A stretch of DNA of 64,000 nucleotides from Candidatus Krumholzibacteriota bacterium (GTDB taxonomy: Bacteria > Krumholzibacteriota > Krumholzibacteriia > JAJRXK01): assembly GCA_963727455.1 (NCBI GenBank), contig CAVSGG010000015.1, forward strand, positions 53,959 through 117,958, in the 5' to 3' direction. Shown here piece after piece: positions 29,551-40,779 of this stretch; positions within the stretch are counted from its first letter, which is position 1, and each line of letters begins with the position of its first letter. Both the position numbers and the translations under genes were made by a program. The notes below the pieces were generated by a model that did no database searches, was not told the origin of the DNA, and saw only the letters and a program-made list of their open reading frames with translations.

Positions 29551-32364
29551 TCAAGCCGCGTTCAGCTGCCGCCTCAGCATGTGTCCGGTGTGCGAATCCT
29601 CGCACTTCATCACCGTGTCCAGATTTCCCTCCACCACGATGGCCCCTCCCTGCTGACCGCCCTCGGGTCCAAGATCCACGATCCAGTCGGCAGCCAGAAT
29701 CACCTCCGGATGATGCTCGATCACCAATACCGTGTTGCCCTTGTCGACCAATTTCGCGAGAACGGCCAGGAGCATTTCCACGTCTTGGAAATGTAGTCCG
29801 GTCGTGGGTTCGTCCAAGAGGTACAGAGTGCGCCCTGTGGAGGGCCGGCTGAGCTCTTTTGCCAGCTTCAGCCGTTGAGCCTCTCCGCCGCTGAGGGTGT
29901 CTGCCGCCTGGCCCAATCGAAGGTATCCCAGCCCGACCTCCTGCAGAGTTCCCAGAATGCGCCTCATCGAGGGAACCGGGTCCAAGAGCCCCGTCGCCTC
30001 CTCGATAGTCATCTGCAGATAATCCGCAATCGAGCGACCCTTGTAGCTCACCTCGAGGGTCTGTCGATTGAAGCGGCGGCCTCCGCAGACGTCACAGACT
30101 ACCCGCACCTGGGGCAGAAAATCCATAGTCAGTGTGCGCACCCCGGCCCCGTCACAGGCCTCGCAACGTCCGCCCTTGGTGTTGAAGGAGAAGCGGCCTT
30201 GATCGAAGCCACGAGCTTTGGCCGCGGGCGTCTGCGCCAGGATCTTCCTCAGATAGGTGTAAAGACCGGTGAAGGTGGCGGGAGTGCTCCGGGGAGAGCG
30301 TCCAATCGGCTGTTGATCGATGAGGATGACCTTGTCCAGGGCTTCGCTTCCCTCGATGCCGTCATGTTCTCCGGGTTTGGCCAGCGCCCCGTGAAGTTCC
30401 TTGGCCAGCGCGCGATACAGGATCTCGTGCACCAGAGTGCTCTTGCCGCTGCCGGAAACTCCGGTGACTGCGATGAACTTGCCCAGAGGTAGGCTCAGAT
30501 CGAAGCTGCGCAAGTTTCTGGCACGCGCTCCGCGAATCAAAAGCGCGCTCTGGGAATCGGAGGCGGGGCGCTTGCGGGGAATCGTGAGCGGCCGCGCCAA
30601 CCATCGGCCAGTCGGAGAATCATCGCAGCGCGCAATTTCCCGCGGCGTACCCTCCGCGACCACCTCGCCTCCGTGATCGCCCGCTCCCGGCCCTAGATCC
30701 ACCACGTGGTTCGCCGCTTCAATGATGTCTCGATCGTGCTCGACCACCACGAGGCTGTTTCCTCGATCCACCAGACGTCGCAGGAGTTCGATGAGCCGCG
30801 CGTTGTCGCGCGCGTGTAATCCCACGCTGGGTTCATCCAGAACATAGAGCACGCCGGTGAGCCTTCCTCCCACCTGGGTCGCCAGCCGCACGCGCTGTCC
30901 CTCGCCACCGCTGAGTGAACTCGTGGGACGACTCAGGCTCAAGTAACCCAAACCGGCCTGCACCAGAAATCCCAGCCGTGATGCGATCTCCTTCTTCAAC
31001 GGCTCTCCGATCAGGGCTTCCGTTCCAGAGAAATGCCACTCCTCCAATTCCGAGAGCAAGTCGACGAGGGGCAGCTCGGAAAGGGTGCCCAGATCACGAC
31101 CGAAGAGCTCCACGCTGAGCGCTTCGGGTCTCAAGCGCGTCCCGTGGCATTCGGGACACTGCCTCTCTTCCATGAATTCCTCGCACCACCTTCTTATCCT
31201 CTGACTCTTGGTCTCCTGGGCGCGGCGCGTCAGCATCGGCACCAGCCCTTCGAACTCCGCCAGAAAGCGCTCGTGGCCGGAAATTCCCTCGCGCAGAAAT
31301 TCGAACTCCTTGCCCATCGTCCCAAAGAGCAGTGCCCGTCTCAGCCGTTCGCACATTTCGGCCAGGGGAGCTTCTTCATCGAAGCCGAGTCGCCGCACCA
31401 GGTAGTCGACTTGCTCGTGGATGAAGCTCTGGTTCTTGCCCCGAAGAGGAGCCAGCCCGCCATCGCGCAGGCTCAACGAGGGATCGGGAATGAGCAGGTT
31501 CTCGGCGATACTGCGCGTGGACCCCAAGCCCCGGCAACTCCGGCACGCTCCGGCCGGAGAATTGAAGGAGAAGAGCCTGGGCTCAAGGATCGCGAAGCCG
31601 GTTCCGCACTGGGGACAGGCGAGCCGATCGCTGTACACCTTCTCCTTGCCGCGGGAGAGTGGAGAGATGATGAGGCTGCCCTTCCCTTCGGCGAGCGCCC
31701 GTTCCACGCTGCTGGTCAGGCGTTGCTGGGATCCGCTACCCGCCTTCAGTCGATCCACCACGAGGTCGACATCGTGGCGCGCGCCCTTCTTCAGCCCTTC
31801 CACCTCGTCGAGCGCGAGGACCTCCCCATCGACGCGAATCCTGGCGTAGCCCTTCTTGCGCAGGGCGGCCAAGAGAGCGCGCTGTTCGCCTCGTCTGCCT
31901 CTGAGTACCGGGGCAAGGACGAGGTAAGCCGTCCCCTCCGGGAGATGCAGCAGTTCCTTCAGAATGAGCGAGGGATGTCCGGCCGCGACCTTGGTCTTGC
32001 ACTTGGGGCAGTGGGGCTCGCCCAGCCGGGCGTAGAGCAGACGCAAGAAAGGAATGGTCTCGGTAATGGTTCCGACGGTCGAGCGCGGATTGCGTCCGAG
32101 ACCCCGCTGTTGAATCGCCAGGGAAGGACTCAGTCCCTCCACCCGATCCACATCCGGCTTGGGAACTTGCTCCAGAAAATGGCGCGCGTATGCGGAGAGG
32201 GATTCGAGGTACCTGCGCTGTCCTTCCGCATACAGCGTATCGAACGCGAGACTGCTTTTCCCCGAACCGCTGGGCCCGGTTATGACGACGAGTTCGTTCC
32301 GGGGAAGCCGGACCTCGATGTTCTTGAGGTTGTGCTCTCGAACGCCCTTCAGGTGAATGGCCAT
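29551..32364 (-). CDS. uvrA: Excinuclease ABC subunit A
   Basis: [24 protein letters not shown], Zn fingers, LSGGEGQR, second ATPase [11 protein letters not shown]...LSGGEAQR...DEPTTGLH. Start ATG 32364. Confidence 0.97.
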   Translation of the reverse strand: MAIHLKGVREHNLKNIEVRLPRNELVVITGPSGSGKSSLAFDTLYAEGQRRYLESLSAYARHFLEQVPKPDVDRVEGLSPSLAIQQRGLGRNPRSTVGTITETIPFLRLLYARLGEPHCPKCKTKVAAGHPSLILKELLHLPEGTAYLVLAPVLRGRRGEQRALLAALRKKGYARIRVDGEVLALDEVEGLKKGARHDVDLVVDRLKAGSGSQQRLTSSVERALAEGKGSLIISPLSRGKEKVYSDRLACPQCGTGFAILEPRLFSFNSPAGACRSCRGLGSTRSIAENLLIPDPSLSLRDGGLAPLRGKNQSFIHEQVDYLVRRLGFDEEAPLAEMCERLRRALLFGTMGKEFEFLREGISGHERFLAEFEGLVPMLTRRAQETKSQRIRRWCEEFMEERQCPECHGTRLRPEALSVELFGRDLGTLSELPLVDLLSELEEWHFSGTEALIGEPLKKEIASRLGFLVQAGLGYLSLSRPTSSLSGGEGQRVRLATQVGGRLTGVLYVLDEPSVGLHARDNARLIELLRRLVDRGNSLVVVEHDRDIIEAANHVVDLGPGAGDHGGEVVAEGTPREIARCDDSPTGRWLARPLTIPRKRPASDSQSALLIRGARARNLRSFDLSLPLGKFIAVTGVSGSGKSTLVHEILYRALAKELHGALAKPGEHDGIEGSEALDKVILIDQQPIGRSPRSTPATFTGLYTYLRKILAQTPAAKARGFDQGRFSFNTKGGRCEACDGAGVRTLTMDFLPQVRVVCDVCGGRRFNRQTLEVSYKGRSIADYLQMTIEEATGLLDPVPSMRRILGTLQEVGLGYLRLGQAADTLSGGEAQRLKLAKELSRPSTGRTLYLLDEPTTGLHFQDVEMLLAVLAKLVDKGNTVLVIEHHPEVILAADWIVDLGPEGGQQGGAIVVEGNLDTVMKCEDSHTGHMLRRQLNAA

Positions 32365-32368
32365 GTGC

Positions 32369-35300
32369 TCAAGAGCCACTGCTCTTTGCCTCTTTCTGCA
32401 AGGCATCGAGACGACGCACCGCCTCGGCCCCCCATTGGCTGTTGGCGCCGTGCTGTTTGATCACTTTCTCGTAGAGCCGCTTGGCCGCGTCCAATTCGCT
32501 CATTTTTTGATAGACCTCGGCTGCCTTGAGCTGCGCCGTCACCGGGAGTTGCCCGCTCTTGGGATAGAGGTAGGGGATCTTGAGATAGGCTGCCGCCGCT
32601 TCTTCAAAACGCCGCAACTTCTCCAGAGAATCGGCGATCCAGAATTGACCGTAGGCCTGATCCTCATCGTTCAATAGAGGCATGACTCGTTGGTAAGCGG
32701 CGATGCTCAACTCGTAGCGCCCCGCTTCATGGTAGCAGTAGGCGATGTCGCTCAGGATCTGTTCGGCGTCCGGCAAATCGGCCTCTTGCTCCAAAAGCGA
32801 ATGGTAGACCTCCAGCGCTTTGTCGTAGCGCTCGAGCCTACGCCAGCTCATCGCCAAGCCCTTCATTGCCTTCACCCGGAGAGAGTGATGCGGGTATTCG
32901 TCGACGAGTTGCTGATAGGCCTTGCGTGCTGCCTCGTCGTCACCATTCCTGGCTGCGAGATTTGCGACCTTGAAGAGGGCCTGCGCGGACCATTCGCTGT
33001 GCGATCCCGTGGCAGCGGCGCTCTTGAACGCCGTACTCGCGTCCTCGAAGCGTTGCGCCTTCAGCATGTACATTCCCTCGCCATATTTCGCGCGCGCCAG
33101 CAGCTCCTTCGTCACGGGTTCTTTCTCCACCATTTCATACAGCCCCAGAGCGACCTCCGCCTTGCCCGCTTCCAGCTCGGCGTCAGCCAGATCGAGGCGT
33201 GCTTGCGGCACCAGGAACCCTGCCTCCGGATAGCCCTCGCTGAGTTTTTTCAACTCCTCTGCGGCAGCTTTGAGCTTTGCCGCCTGGGCGAGAGCTCGGA
33301 TCCTGAGAGCGAGAGTCCGTGCGGTGGCGGGGTCCTCCTGGAAGCGATCCAGCCAGCGCAGCGCCGCTTCCGGCCGTCCCCTCTCGAGCTGAAGTTCGGC
33401 CAGGCGGCGAAAGACGTCCTCCTTCTGGGCAAGTTGCGGATCCAGCTCACTCAAGCGAGTGAGAGCATCGGTCGCGAGGCTGTCATGACCCGCACTGCTC
33501 TCCATCTGGGAGATCTTCAGCAAACTGCGTCCGGCGTATCGGCTGTTCGATTCCTGCGAAGCGAGCGCTTGAAACCGCCGCCGAGCATCCTCGACCCTGC
33601 CCCTGCGCATCTGAGCTGTCGCCAGGCGATAGTTGGCGTCGTCGGTGTAGACACCATTTTCGTAGCGCCGGAGGAGGGTGCGATAGATAGTGGCTGCGGC
33701 GTCAGGGTCCCCCCCGTACAGTGCCATGTCACCGGCAAGGAGCAACGAGCGCTGTCCCAGCTGACTCGAAGGGAATGTTCGGGCGTAGGTTTCGTAGAGA
33801 GTTTTCGCGGCTGCGAAATGCTGTTGCGCGCGTTGGATCTCCGCCATCAAGTAGCGCGACGCCACCGCCAGGTTCCCCGCGTCCTGAGCGTCCATGATTC
33901 GTCTCAACTCGGCCGCGGCGAGATCGTCCTTTTGCTGTTGATGATAGAGCCACGCCAGGGCGTATTGCAGGGTCCGCTCCCTCATCGGTGAGGGCTTCCC
34001 TGCCAGCCCTTCCTTCAGCCAGACGATGCGTTGGGAGTCCGAAAGGTCCGTGGAGAGCTCGGCAGCGCGCCACAAGAGCCAGGCTCTCGACTCGCCTTCG
34101 GATGTGTTCTTCAAAGAAACGCGCATCTCGGCACCGAGCGCGGTCCAGGCGGATTGGCTGAGATCGAGCCCTTCCTGCGCGCCGTAGCCACCCAAGAGAG
34201 GCGTTTGCTCCGCATCGAAGAGCGGCGGCGCGGCAGGCTGAGCCCTCTGGGAAAGTGCCAGCTTCAGCAGGGCCGTTTGGGCCGCGCTCTTGGTGGCCCC
34301 CGGCGGCGCGAGCTGGACGGCGCGCGCATAGGCCTTGCGTGCCGCGCTCCATTGCTCTTTCCAGGACGAATCCGTTGCGGAGTCGAGCCTGGCCTCGAGC
34401 GCGAGTTGCTGGCGGCTTCTGCCCAACTCGAGAGAGGCTCGGGCGACACTGAGCGAGTCTGACGCTTCCGCACTCAGGTCCTCGAACACTTTCGCTGCGG
34501 CCGCGGCATCGCCGGCGAGGTCCCGCAGCACCGTTCCCACTTTCATGCGGCGGACGGTTTCATTTTCGTCGGGAGCGAGTGCAAGCTGGCTCAAGCGACG
34601 CACCGCCTCCTCAGGCTCCTTCTGCACGCGGCGCGCGGCGAGCTCGAGTTCGAGACGCAAGCCCGCCGCCTGCTCACTCGTGGGGTACTGACGGATGACG
34701 CTTTCGGCCACCTGCTTGGCCTCATCCTCTTGTCCCGCCGCCCGCAACTCATGCACACAGAGCAGGAGATACTGGGCCCGCATCTCACTTTCGGGTGCGG
34801 ATGCCGCAGCCTCCCGGTAGAGGTCCGCTGCCAGGGCATGGCGCGCCAGTGGGCCAGCAGTGATCTGGGCCGCCTTGGACCAGGCCAACGCGCCCAGGGA
34901 ATCGCTGGGAGCCGCGCTGGCTGCTTTTTGCCAGAGCACACGCGCCAGTTCGTGGCCCTTCTGATCTACTTGCCTGGAGGATTCTACCAGAGTGGCCAAG
35001 CTCGAGAGTGCGCTGTAGGCCACGGTGGAATCCGGACTCGAGGCGAGCGAGAGCAGCTCATCTTTGGCCCCCTCCTTGTTCTGCTTGGCGTCGGCGCGTG
35101 CCAAGAGCAATCGCGCGCGCGGGCTCCCCGGGGCGTCCGGGTACTTTTCCAGGTAGGCGTTCGCGGCGTCTCTTGCCGAGTCGTAGTTGTCTGCCCTCAG
35201 TTCGCACTCACCTAGCCCCAGCAGCGCGCGCTGGATCTGCTCGGGCGTTCCGCCGCGCTCGGCCACCTCGCGATAGCGCTTCGCTGCTTGCTTCCACGAC

Positions 35301-36172
35301 TGGGCCGCCTCATCCAGGATGGCCAGTCCCAAATTGGCGCGCGCATGCAGATAGGGGTCCGAGTACTTCTGAATGACCAATTGGTAGTGTTCCCGCGCGG
35401 CCTTGGGCGCCTCGCGCGCGCGAAGCAACTCCGCGGAACGAAGGAGGCCGAAGGCCCCCACGACCTCACCGGGATAGCTGGAATGGACGGCGTCGAAGTG
35501 CGCGATCGCCAAACTGTCCTCTCCCGCTTTCTGCGCTAGCACCCCCAGATCGAAGCGCGCTCGAGCCGCCAGAGGAGGGGCGGCGCGGCCTCCCACCAAG
35601 GCACGGAGCAGACCCTCGGCCTGCCCGCTTTGACCCTGCGCCATCACGGATTCCGCCAGACCCAAGCGCGCGGCATCGGCCTGATCGCTCGCGGGAAAGG
35701 AGCTGAGCAAACTGCGATACACTTCGGCCGCCTCTTGATCGCGGTGGCCTTCCGCCAACAGCGCTCCCTTTTCCAAAAGCGCTTTGGGAGCCTCAGGGGA
35801 GGAAGGAAAGTGCTGAAGGAGCTGATCGTAGGCCTTCAGGGCCCCGACCGGCTGACTCAAGTGGCGGTAGATACCCGCCGCCTGCAGCAGGGCGGACGCG
35901 GCCCGGGAATCCTCGGGATAGTTCTTCGCGAACTCGAGTAGCTGGCGCGCGGCGACGTCTTCCATGCCGTCGTCGCGTAACTTCTTTACAAACTGCCAAT
36001 CGCGATCGGCGTTCAGGTTTGTGGGACCGCCACTCTGGGATTGGCTCGCAAGATCGGCGGCGGGCGCACCGTTCTGAGCCGGAACTTGCGCAACCGCAGC
36101 AGGGGCGGAAAGAAACAGCAGCAATAAGCCACTGACCAGACCGGTTGCTCTGATGGACAGGGTCGAAGACAT
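32369..36172 (-). CDS. Very large exported tetratricopeptide-repeat protein (CpoB/BamD-like repeats)
   Basis: Signal peptide; many YP.S..A..ALL and A...Y..LL..FP TPR units across ~1267 aa. Start ATG 36172 after GGAGGA. Confidence 0.85.
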   Translation of the reverse strand: MSSTLSIRATGLVSGLLLLFLSAPAAVAQVPAQNGAPAADLASQSQSGGPTNLNADRDWQFVKKLRDDGMEDVAARQLLEFAKNYPEDSRAASALLQAAGIYRHLSQPVGALKAYDQLLQHFPSSPEAPKALLEKGALLAEGHRDQEAAEVYRSLLSSFPASDQADAARLGLAESVMAQGQSGQAEGLLRALVGGRAAPPLAARARFDLGVLAQKAGEDSLAIAHFDAVHSSYPGEVVGAFGLLRSAELLRAREAPKAAREHYQLVIQKYSDPYLHARANLGLAILDEAAQSWKQAAKRYREVAERGGTPEQIQRALLGLGECELRADNYDSARDAANAYLEKYPDAPGSPRARLLLARADAKQNKEGAKDELLSLASSPDSTVAYSALSSLATLVESSRQVDQKGHELARVLWQKAASAAPSDSLGALAWSKAAQITAGPLARHALAADLYREAAASAPESEMRAQYLLLCVHELRAAGQEDEAKQVAESVIRQYPTSEQAAGLRLELELAARRVQKEPEEAVRRLSQLALAPDENETVRRMKVGTVLRDLAGDAAAAAKVFEDLSAEASDSLSVARASLELGRSRQQLALEARLDSATDSSWKEQWSAARKAYARAVQLAPPGATKSAAQTALLKLALSQRAQPAAPPLFDAEQTPLLGGYGAQEGLDLSQSAWTALGAEMRVSLKNTSEGESRAWLLWRAAELSTDLSDSQRIVWLKEGLAGKPSPMRERTLQYALAWLYHQQQKDDLAAAELRRIMDAQDAGNLAVASRYLMAEIQRAQQHFAAAKTLYETYARTFPSSQLGQRSLLLAGDMALYGGDPDAAATIYRTLLRRYENGVYTDDANYRLATAQMRRGRVEDARRRFQALASQESNSRYAGRSLLKISQMESSAGHDSLATDALTRLSELDPQLAQKEDVFRRLAELQLERGRPEAALRWLDRFQEDPATARTLALRIRALAQAAKLKAAAEELKKLSEGYPEAGFLVPQARLDLADAELEAGKAEVALGLYEMVEKEPVTKELLARAKYGEGMYMLKAQRFEDASTAFKSAAATGSHSEWSAQALFKVANLAARNGDDEAARKAYQQLVDEYPHHSLRVKAMKGLAMSWRRLERYDKALEVYHSLLEQEADLPDAEQILSDIAYCYHEAGRYELSIAAYQRVMPLLNDEDQAYGQFWIADSLEKLRRFEEAAAAYLKIPYLYPKSGQLPVTAQLKAAEVYQKMSELDAAKRLYEKVIKQHGANSQWGAEAVRRLDALQKEAKSSGS

Positions 36173-36192
36173 GAGTCCTCCAGCCAAGCGTC

Positions 36193-37497
36193 TCAGGGAG
36201 AGAGTCGATGTATCTGCCGCGGGAAGGGAATGGTCTCCCGCAAGTGCGGGATGCCCGCGATGTAGGTAACCATGCGTTCCAAACCCAGACCGAATCCACC
36301 GTGCGGGAAGCTGCCATAGCGACGCAGATCGAGGTACCACTCGAACGCGCTCTGCGGAAGGCCATGGGTCTCGATCTGCCGCAATAGGAAGCTCAGATCC
36401 GCGCTCCGCTCGCCTCCACCGATGATCTCTCCATAGCCTTCGGGAGCCAGGAGATCCACCGAGAGAGAAAGACGGGGATCGGCCGGGTCCGGTGCCATGT
36501 AGAACGCCTTGATGGCAGCGGGAAACCGATGCACGAAGAAAGGTCGGTCGTGCTGTTCGGCCAAGTAGGATTCATCGGGTGCTCCGAAGTCTCCTCCCCA
36601 CTCGAATTCGATTCCACCGGCTTGGAGCATTTTCACTGCGTCGTCGTAATGGAGCCTGGGAAACGGGGCCCTCACTGCTTCCAGCTTGCTCAGATCACGC
36701 TCGAGCACATCCGCCAGCAACTCGCCTTTCTCCTCGAGCACTCGTTGTACCACGTAGCAGACGAAACGTTCCTCGAGTTCCATCACTTCGTCCAAGTGGG
36801 CAAATGCGACCTCGGGTTCGACCATCCAGAATTCCGTCAGGTGGCGTCGCGTCTTGCTGCGCTCGGCCCGAAAAGTGGGTCCGAAACAATAGGCCTTGCC
36901 GAATGCAGCGGCCGCCGCCTCCATGTAAAGCTGTCCGCTCTGCGTGAGATAGGCCTTGTCACCGAAGTACTCGGTCTCGAAAAGCGTGCTCGTTCCCTCG
37001 CACGCGTTGGGCGTGAAGATCGGCGCGTCGACGAGGGTGAAGCCCTGGCCGTCGAAGAAATCCCGAATCGCGGTGATGACGCTATGACGCACCTTCATGA
37101 GCGCGTGCTGTTTCTTGCTGCGTAACCACAGATGTCGATGATCCATGAGGAACGAGGTGCCGTGTTCCTTGGGAGTGATCGGGTAGTTCTCACTCTCGCC
37201 GATGACTTTCAGCGAACTCAATTGCATCTCGAAGCCGCCGGGGGCGCGCGGATCGGCAGTGACCTTTCCCTCGATCTCGACCGCCGTCTCCTGACTGAGA
37301 TTGAGTGCGGTCGCGAAAAGCTCCTCGGGCAAATCTCCCTTAGCAGCCACCACCTGGAGAAGGCCGGTTCCGTCGCGCAGGACAATGAACACCAGCTTCT
37401 TCATCGCTCTCAGGTGGTACACCCAACCCCTCACGAGGGCGGTTTGGCCCTCGCTCTTGGCGATCTCACTGATCCAACGCTGATCCTGCATCTGCAT
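36193..37497 (-). CDS. asnS: Asparagine--tRNA ligase
   Basis: OB fold GWV...[67 protein letters not shown]. Confidence 0.96.
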   Translation of the reverse strand: MQMQDQRWISEIAKSEGQTALVRGWVYHLRAMKKLVFIVLRDGTGLLQVVAAKGDLPEELFATALNLSQETAVEIEGKVTADPRAPGGFEMQLSSLKVIGESENYPITPKEHGTSFLMDHRHLWLRSKKQHALMKVRHSVITAIRDFFDGQGFTLVDAPIFTPNACEGTSTLFETEYFGDKAYLTQSGQLYMEAAAAAFGKAYCFGPTFRAERSKTRRHLTEFWMVEPEVAFAHLDEVMELEERFVCYVVQRVLEEKGELLADVLERDLSKLEAVRAPFPRLHYDDAVKMLQAGGIEFEWGGDFGAPDESYLAEQHDRPFFVHRFPAAIKAFYMAPDPADPRLSLSVDLLAPEGYGEIIGGGERSADLSFLLRQIETHGLPQSAFEWYLDLRRYGSFPHGGFGLGLERMVTYIAGIPHLRETIPFPRQIHRLSP

Positions 37498-37547
37498 GCC
37501 CTCCCCCGGATTTCCCGCCGGCCGGACGCCTCTGCGCGGAACGCAGG

Positions 37548-37576
37548 AGTATAGGACCTTGCCCCGACCGCGACAA
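37548..37576 (-). promoter_or_regulatory. Putative sigma70 promoter for asnS
   Basis: Minus strand TTGTCG-N17-TATACT about 50 nt upstream of the asnS start. Confidence 0.55.
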
Positions 37577-37760
37577 CCGCCCCTCCTGCCGGCGGCCCTG
37601 GCTGCGCGAATTGCGAGCCAGCGGTCCGCTGAGACGGCGGAATTGAGCCTCCGGGGCCCGCTGGGCTGCCCTGCGAGACGGCACAATCCTTGCGGAGTAA
37701 CCGCAAGGTACCCGTGTCAACGAGGATCCCTCGAAAACCACGCAGCCAAGAGGCGCGCAC

Positions 37761-39683
37761 GTGAATCGATCCCTGGGGAGTTCTGGACGTCTGGGAACGG
37801 ACCATCGACTGCGAGGGGCGCTCGGCTGTCTCCTCTTGATTCTGCTGCTCGTAGGTCCTCAGCTTGCGCAAGCGTCGGACAAAAACTCGCCAGTCCAAGC
37901 GGATTCGTCCCGAGACGCGCCGGACCAGCCCGACTGGATACCCATCATTCAGGCCTGGGCTCAAAGACCCATGGAATCGCATCTGCTGCTGCGCGAGGGG
38001 GTTCTCGCGCGGGAAGCGGGCAAGAACTCGGTGGCGGAGGAGAGGCTCGATCGCGCGACTCTGGCCGACGCCAGCAACGCTGCAGCCTGGTTCGCTCTCG
38101 CCCGGGTTCACCTGGCAAATTCCAATCCTACCTTCCTCACGGACCTCCTCGAAGGAAGCCAGGCCAGTCTGCATAGCTTTCGGCACCAGAGCCGTTTGGC
38201 GGCCAATCTACTCTTGAGCGCAGACCTCATTCTGGCGGGCAGTTTCGCCTGGATCCTTTTCATCCTCCTTCTTCGCTATTTGCCCTTCTTGCACCACCAG
38301 ATCCGCGGTCTGACCCAGGGTCCGGGCCATCTGGAAGGTAGCGGACGGTTGCTCTGGATCCCGGCGGTGGCCCCCCTCCTTTTGGGCCTGGGGGTGGTGC
38401 CCAGCCTCTGTACTGGATCGCTCATCGTCTGGCTCTACGGGGGGCGGCGGGCACGCGTTGTGGTTGCCGCGTTGTTGCTCTTCTTCTCGCTTCAGGGATA
38501 TCTGGGCGGTTTCTCCACTCCGCTGGTGGGCCTGAGAGAGACGAGCCGCAGCAGTTTGATCCAGAGAGTGACCCACGAGAGCCCCAGTCCCGCGCTGCAG
38601 AGCGAGCTGAACCGCGCGCTTGCGAATCATCCCGAGGACGCCGATCTGCTCTTCGCACGCGGCCTTTTGTACGCACGGCAGGCACGGTTCGACGAGAGCG
38701 CGCGGGATTTCCAGAGCGTCCTCAAATTGCGCCCCAATGATCCCAAGGCCGTGAACAACCTGGCGAACGACCACTATTTCCGTGGGGACTACGATCGGGC
38801 GGTCGCGGGATACCAACACAGTGCCGCGCTGGACTCGTTGCAGGGCTCGACGCATTACAACCTTGCCCAGGCGTACATCAAGAAGCTCTTCTTCAAGGAG
38901 AGCGGAGAACACATGCAGCTGGCTTCTCGAGCGGGTTTCGAGTTGGGAACCGGAGGAGTACGCCTACCCACCGGTGCAGTGTATTACCAATCGCCCGGCA
39001 CTTGGGATTCATGGATCATGGCTTGGCACGAAAACAAGGAGCTGCGGGTGATGGACTTCTTGGCTCCGTGGCGCAAGTGGCTCGGAGTTCCCCCCGATCA
39101 AGTTCATCTCTGGTTGAGCGTGACTCTGATGCTCAGCCTGCTGCTCATGAAGATCTTCCCGCGCGAGAAACTCGTCTACGAATGTGCAAACTGCGGGCGC
39201 TTGAGCTGCGCTCGATGCAGCGGCCAACACGAGGGGAACGTGTTTTGCCCGGCCTGTCTTGGCACTGCCCGCAGGGCCAGGTCCGAAATGGTTCTCAGTA
39301 CTTTGCTGAGAAATCGTCGCCGGTCGACCGAATTTACTTTCCGCTCCAGGGTACGCCGACTCAACACCTGGTCCATTGGTGCGGGGGAGCTTTACTCCGG
39401 TTTGAGAAAGCGCGGCGTGGTGCTCACCCTTCTGAGCGCCGTGTGCATCTTTGGCATGTCCTTCCCCTCCGGACTCTTGAACGATCTCTGGCGTCCCGTC
39501 GCCGAACTTCCCCTGCTGGCGCTGCCCAGGCTCTTCGGGGTCGCCGGTCTGTTGCTCCTGTACCTCTATTCCCGCTTCGGCCGCTCGAGCTGGCGCAGCC
39601 GGAGCTTCCACCTTCATCCTGCGAGCATGGTGCGACTGGCCGATCTCATGGACAGTCGCGGCGAGAAGCAGATGAGAGCCTGA
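37761..39683 (+). CDS. Multi-pass membrane protein with TPR repeats and a Cys-rich Zn-binding motif
   Basis: Signal peptide, TM segments, TPRs (LLFARGLLY...AVNNLANDHYFRGDY...HYNLAQAY), CANCGRLSCARC...FCPAC. Confidence 0.8.
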   Translation: MNRSLGSSGRLGTDHRLRGALGCLLLILLLVGPQLAQASDKNSPVQADSSRDAPDQPDWIPIIQAWAQRPMESHLLLREGVLAREAGKNSVAEERLDRATLADASNAAAWFALARVHLANSNPTFLTDLLEGSQASLHSFRHQSRLAANLLLSADLILAGSFAWILFILLLRYLPFLHHQIRGLTQGPGHLEGSGRLLWIPAVAPLLLGLGVVPSLCTGSLIVWLYGGRRARVVVAALLLFFSLQGYLGGFSTPLVGLRETSRSSLIQRVTHESPSPALQSELNRALANHPEDADLLFARGLLYARQARFDESARDFQSVLKLRPNDPKAVNNLANDHYFRGDYDRAVAGYQHSAALDSLQGSTHYNLAQAYIKKLFFKESGEHMQLASRAGFELGTGGVRLPTGAVYYQSPGTWDSWIMAWHENKELRVMDFLAPWRKWLGVPPDQVHLWLSVTLMLSLLLMKIFPREKLVYECANCGRLSCARCSGQHEGNVFCPACLGTARRARSEMVLSTLLRNRRRSTEFTFRSRVRRLNTWSIGAGELYSGLRKRGVVLTLLSAVCIFGMSFPSGLLNDLWRPVAELPLLALPRLFGVAGLLLLYLYSRFGRSSWRSRSFHLHPASMVRLADLMDSRGEKQMRA

Positions 39684-39696
39684 CGAGGTAGGACCG

Positions 39697-40779
39697 ATGG
39701 CACTGGAAGGCCGTCTCAACGATTTTACGCTGGAAGAGATTCTCCAGCTAATCTCGCTTCAACAGAAGACCGGAGTGTTGACTGTCGAAGCCTCCTACCC
39801 CATGGTGCTCTATTTCGAGAGCGGGGAGCTCGTCGGCTATCGGGATCGTCGTGGAGCCGCTCCCGATCCTCTCCAGGCCTATCTAAAGAGCTACGGCTTC
39901 TTCACAGCTGAGAACTGGGAGCATCTCAAGTTCATCCAGAGCAACAGCGACCTCGATTTCACCGAGATTATCATCAACGAAGGTCACATGACCCCGGAGG
40001 AATTACTGCGCGTCCAGCACGACGTGGCGCAGGAACACATCTTCAAGGGCATGCTCCTGCGGGACGGGCGCTATCACTTCCAATCCGGCCGCGAGTTGCT
40101 CCACGGGATTCGGGCACGCGTCAGGGTCAAAGTGGAGGGCCTTCTCATGGAGGCCGCTCGCCGCATCGACGAGATCGCGACTCTCGAAGAGCGCTATTTC
40201 GATGCTGAGGTCAGGGTCGAGAGAACTGACAAGAGTGCCGAAGGTCTGCCCCTCGGACATCGTCCGCTGAACGTGCTACAGATCATCGGCGAGGAAGCTA
40301 CCGTCGGATTCGTGGAAGCTCGGGCGAAGATCTCTCATTTCGACGTGTTGCAAACCCTCGAGATGGTGCGGGACCTGGGACTCATCCGGGTGCTGGACCT
40401 CCCCCAGGCCGCAGCGGACGAGGACGAGCCCGTCGTCCCCGAGGTCTCTGCTCGGAGAACCTCACTTTCCGCGATAGTCCTGGTGCTTCTCGCTCTGGGT
40501 GTACTTGCAACGAGCTGGTGGCTCATGCCCATGCGCTCCTACGCGGAACGCGAGACTCCTGCCGTGGAGCGAGAGCAGGCCTACAGGAAAGACGAACTGG
40601 AGAGCCGCGTTCAGCACGCGCTCGAACTCTATCACGCAGACAAGTCGGAGTACCCCGCAAGCCTCACCGCACTTCGGAAACCCCTCACTCTCGAGCTGGA
40701 CTCCGAGGAGCTGGCCCAGTTCCGCTACACGCGCAGCGGAGTCGATCACTACACGCTGGCTTTCAAAGACCAAAAATAG
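39697..40779 (+). CDS. DUF4388 (PatA_N-like) domain protein with C-terminal TM and GspG-like tail
   Basis: MALEGRLNDFTLEEILQLISLQQKTGVL and VEGLLMEAARRIDE are DUF4388 hallmarks; a TM is followed by ALELYHADKSEYPASLTAL. Confidence 0.82.
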   Translation: MALEGRLNDFTLEEILQLISLQQKTGVLTVEASYPMVLYFESGELVGYRDRRGAAPDPLQAYLKSYGFFTAENWEHLKFIQSNSDLDFTEIIINEGHMTPEELLRVQHDVAQEHIFKGMLLRDGRYHFQSGRELLHGIRARVRVKVEGLLMEAARRIDEIATLEERYFDAEVRVERTDKSAEGLPLGHRPLNVLQIIGEEATVGFVEARAKISHFDVLQTLEMVRDLGLIRVLDLPQAAADEDEPVVPEVSARRTSLSAIVLVLLALGVLATSWWLMPMRSYAERETPAVEREQAYRKDELESRVQHALELYHADKSEYPASLTALRKPLTLELDSEELAQFRYTRSGVDHYTLAFKDQK

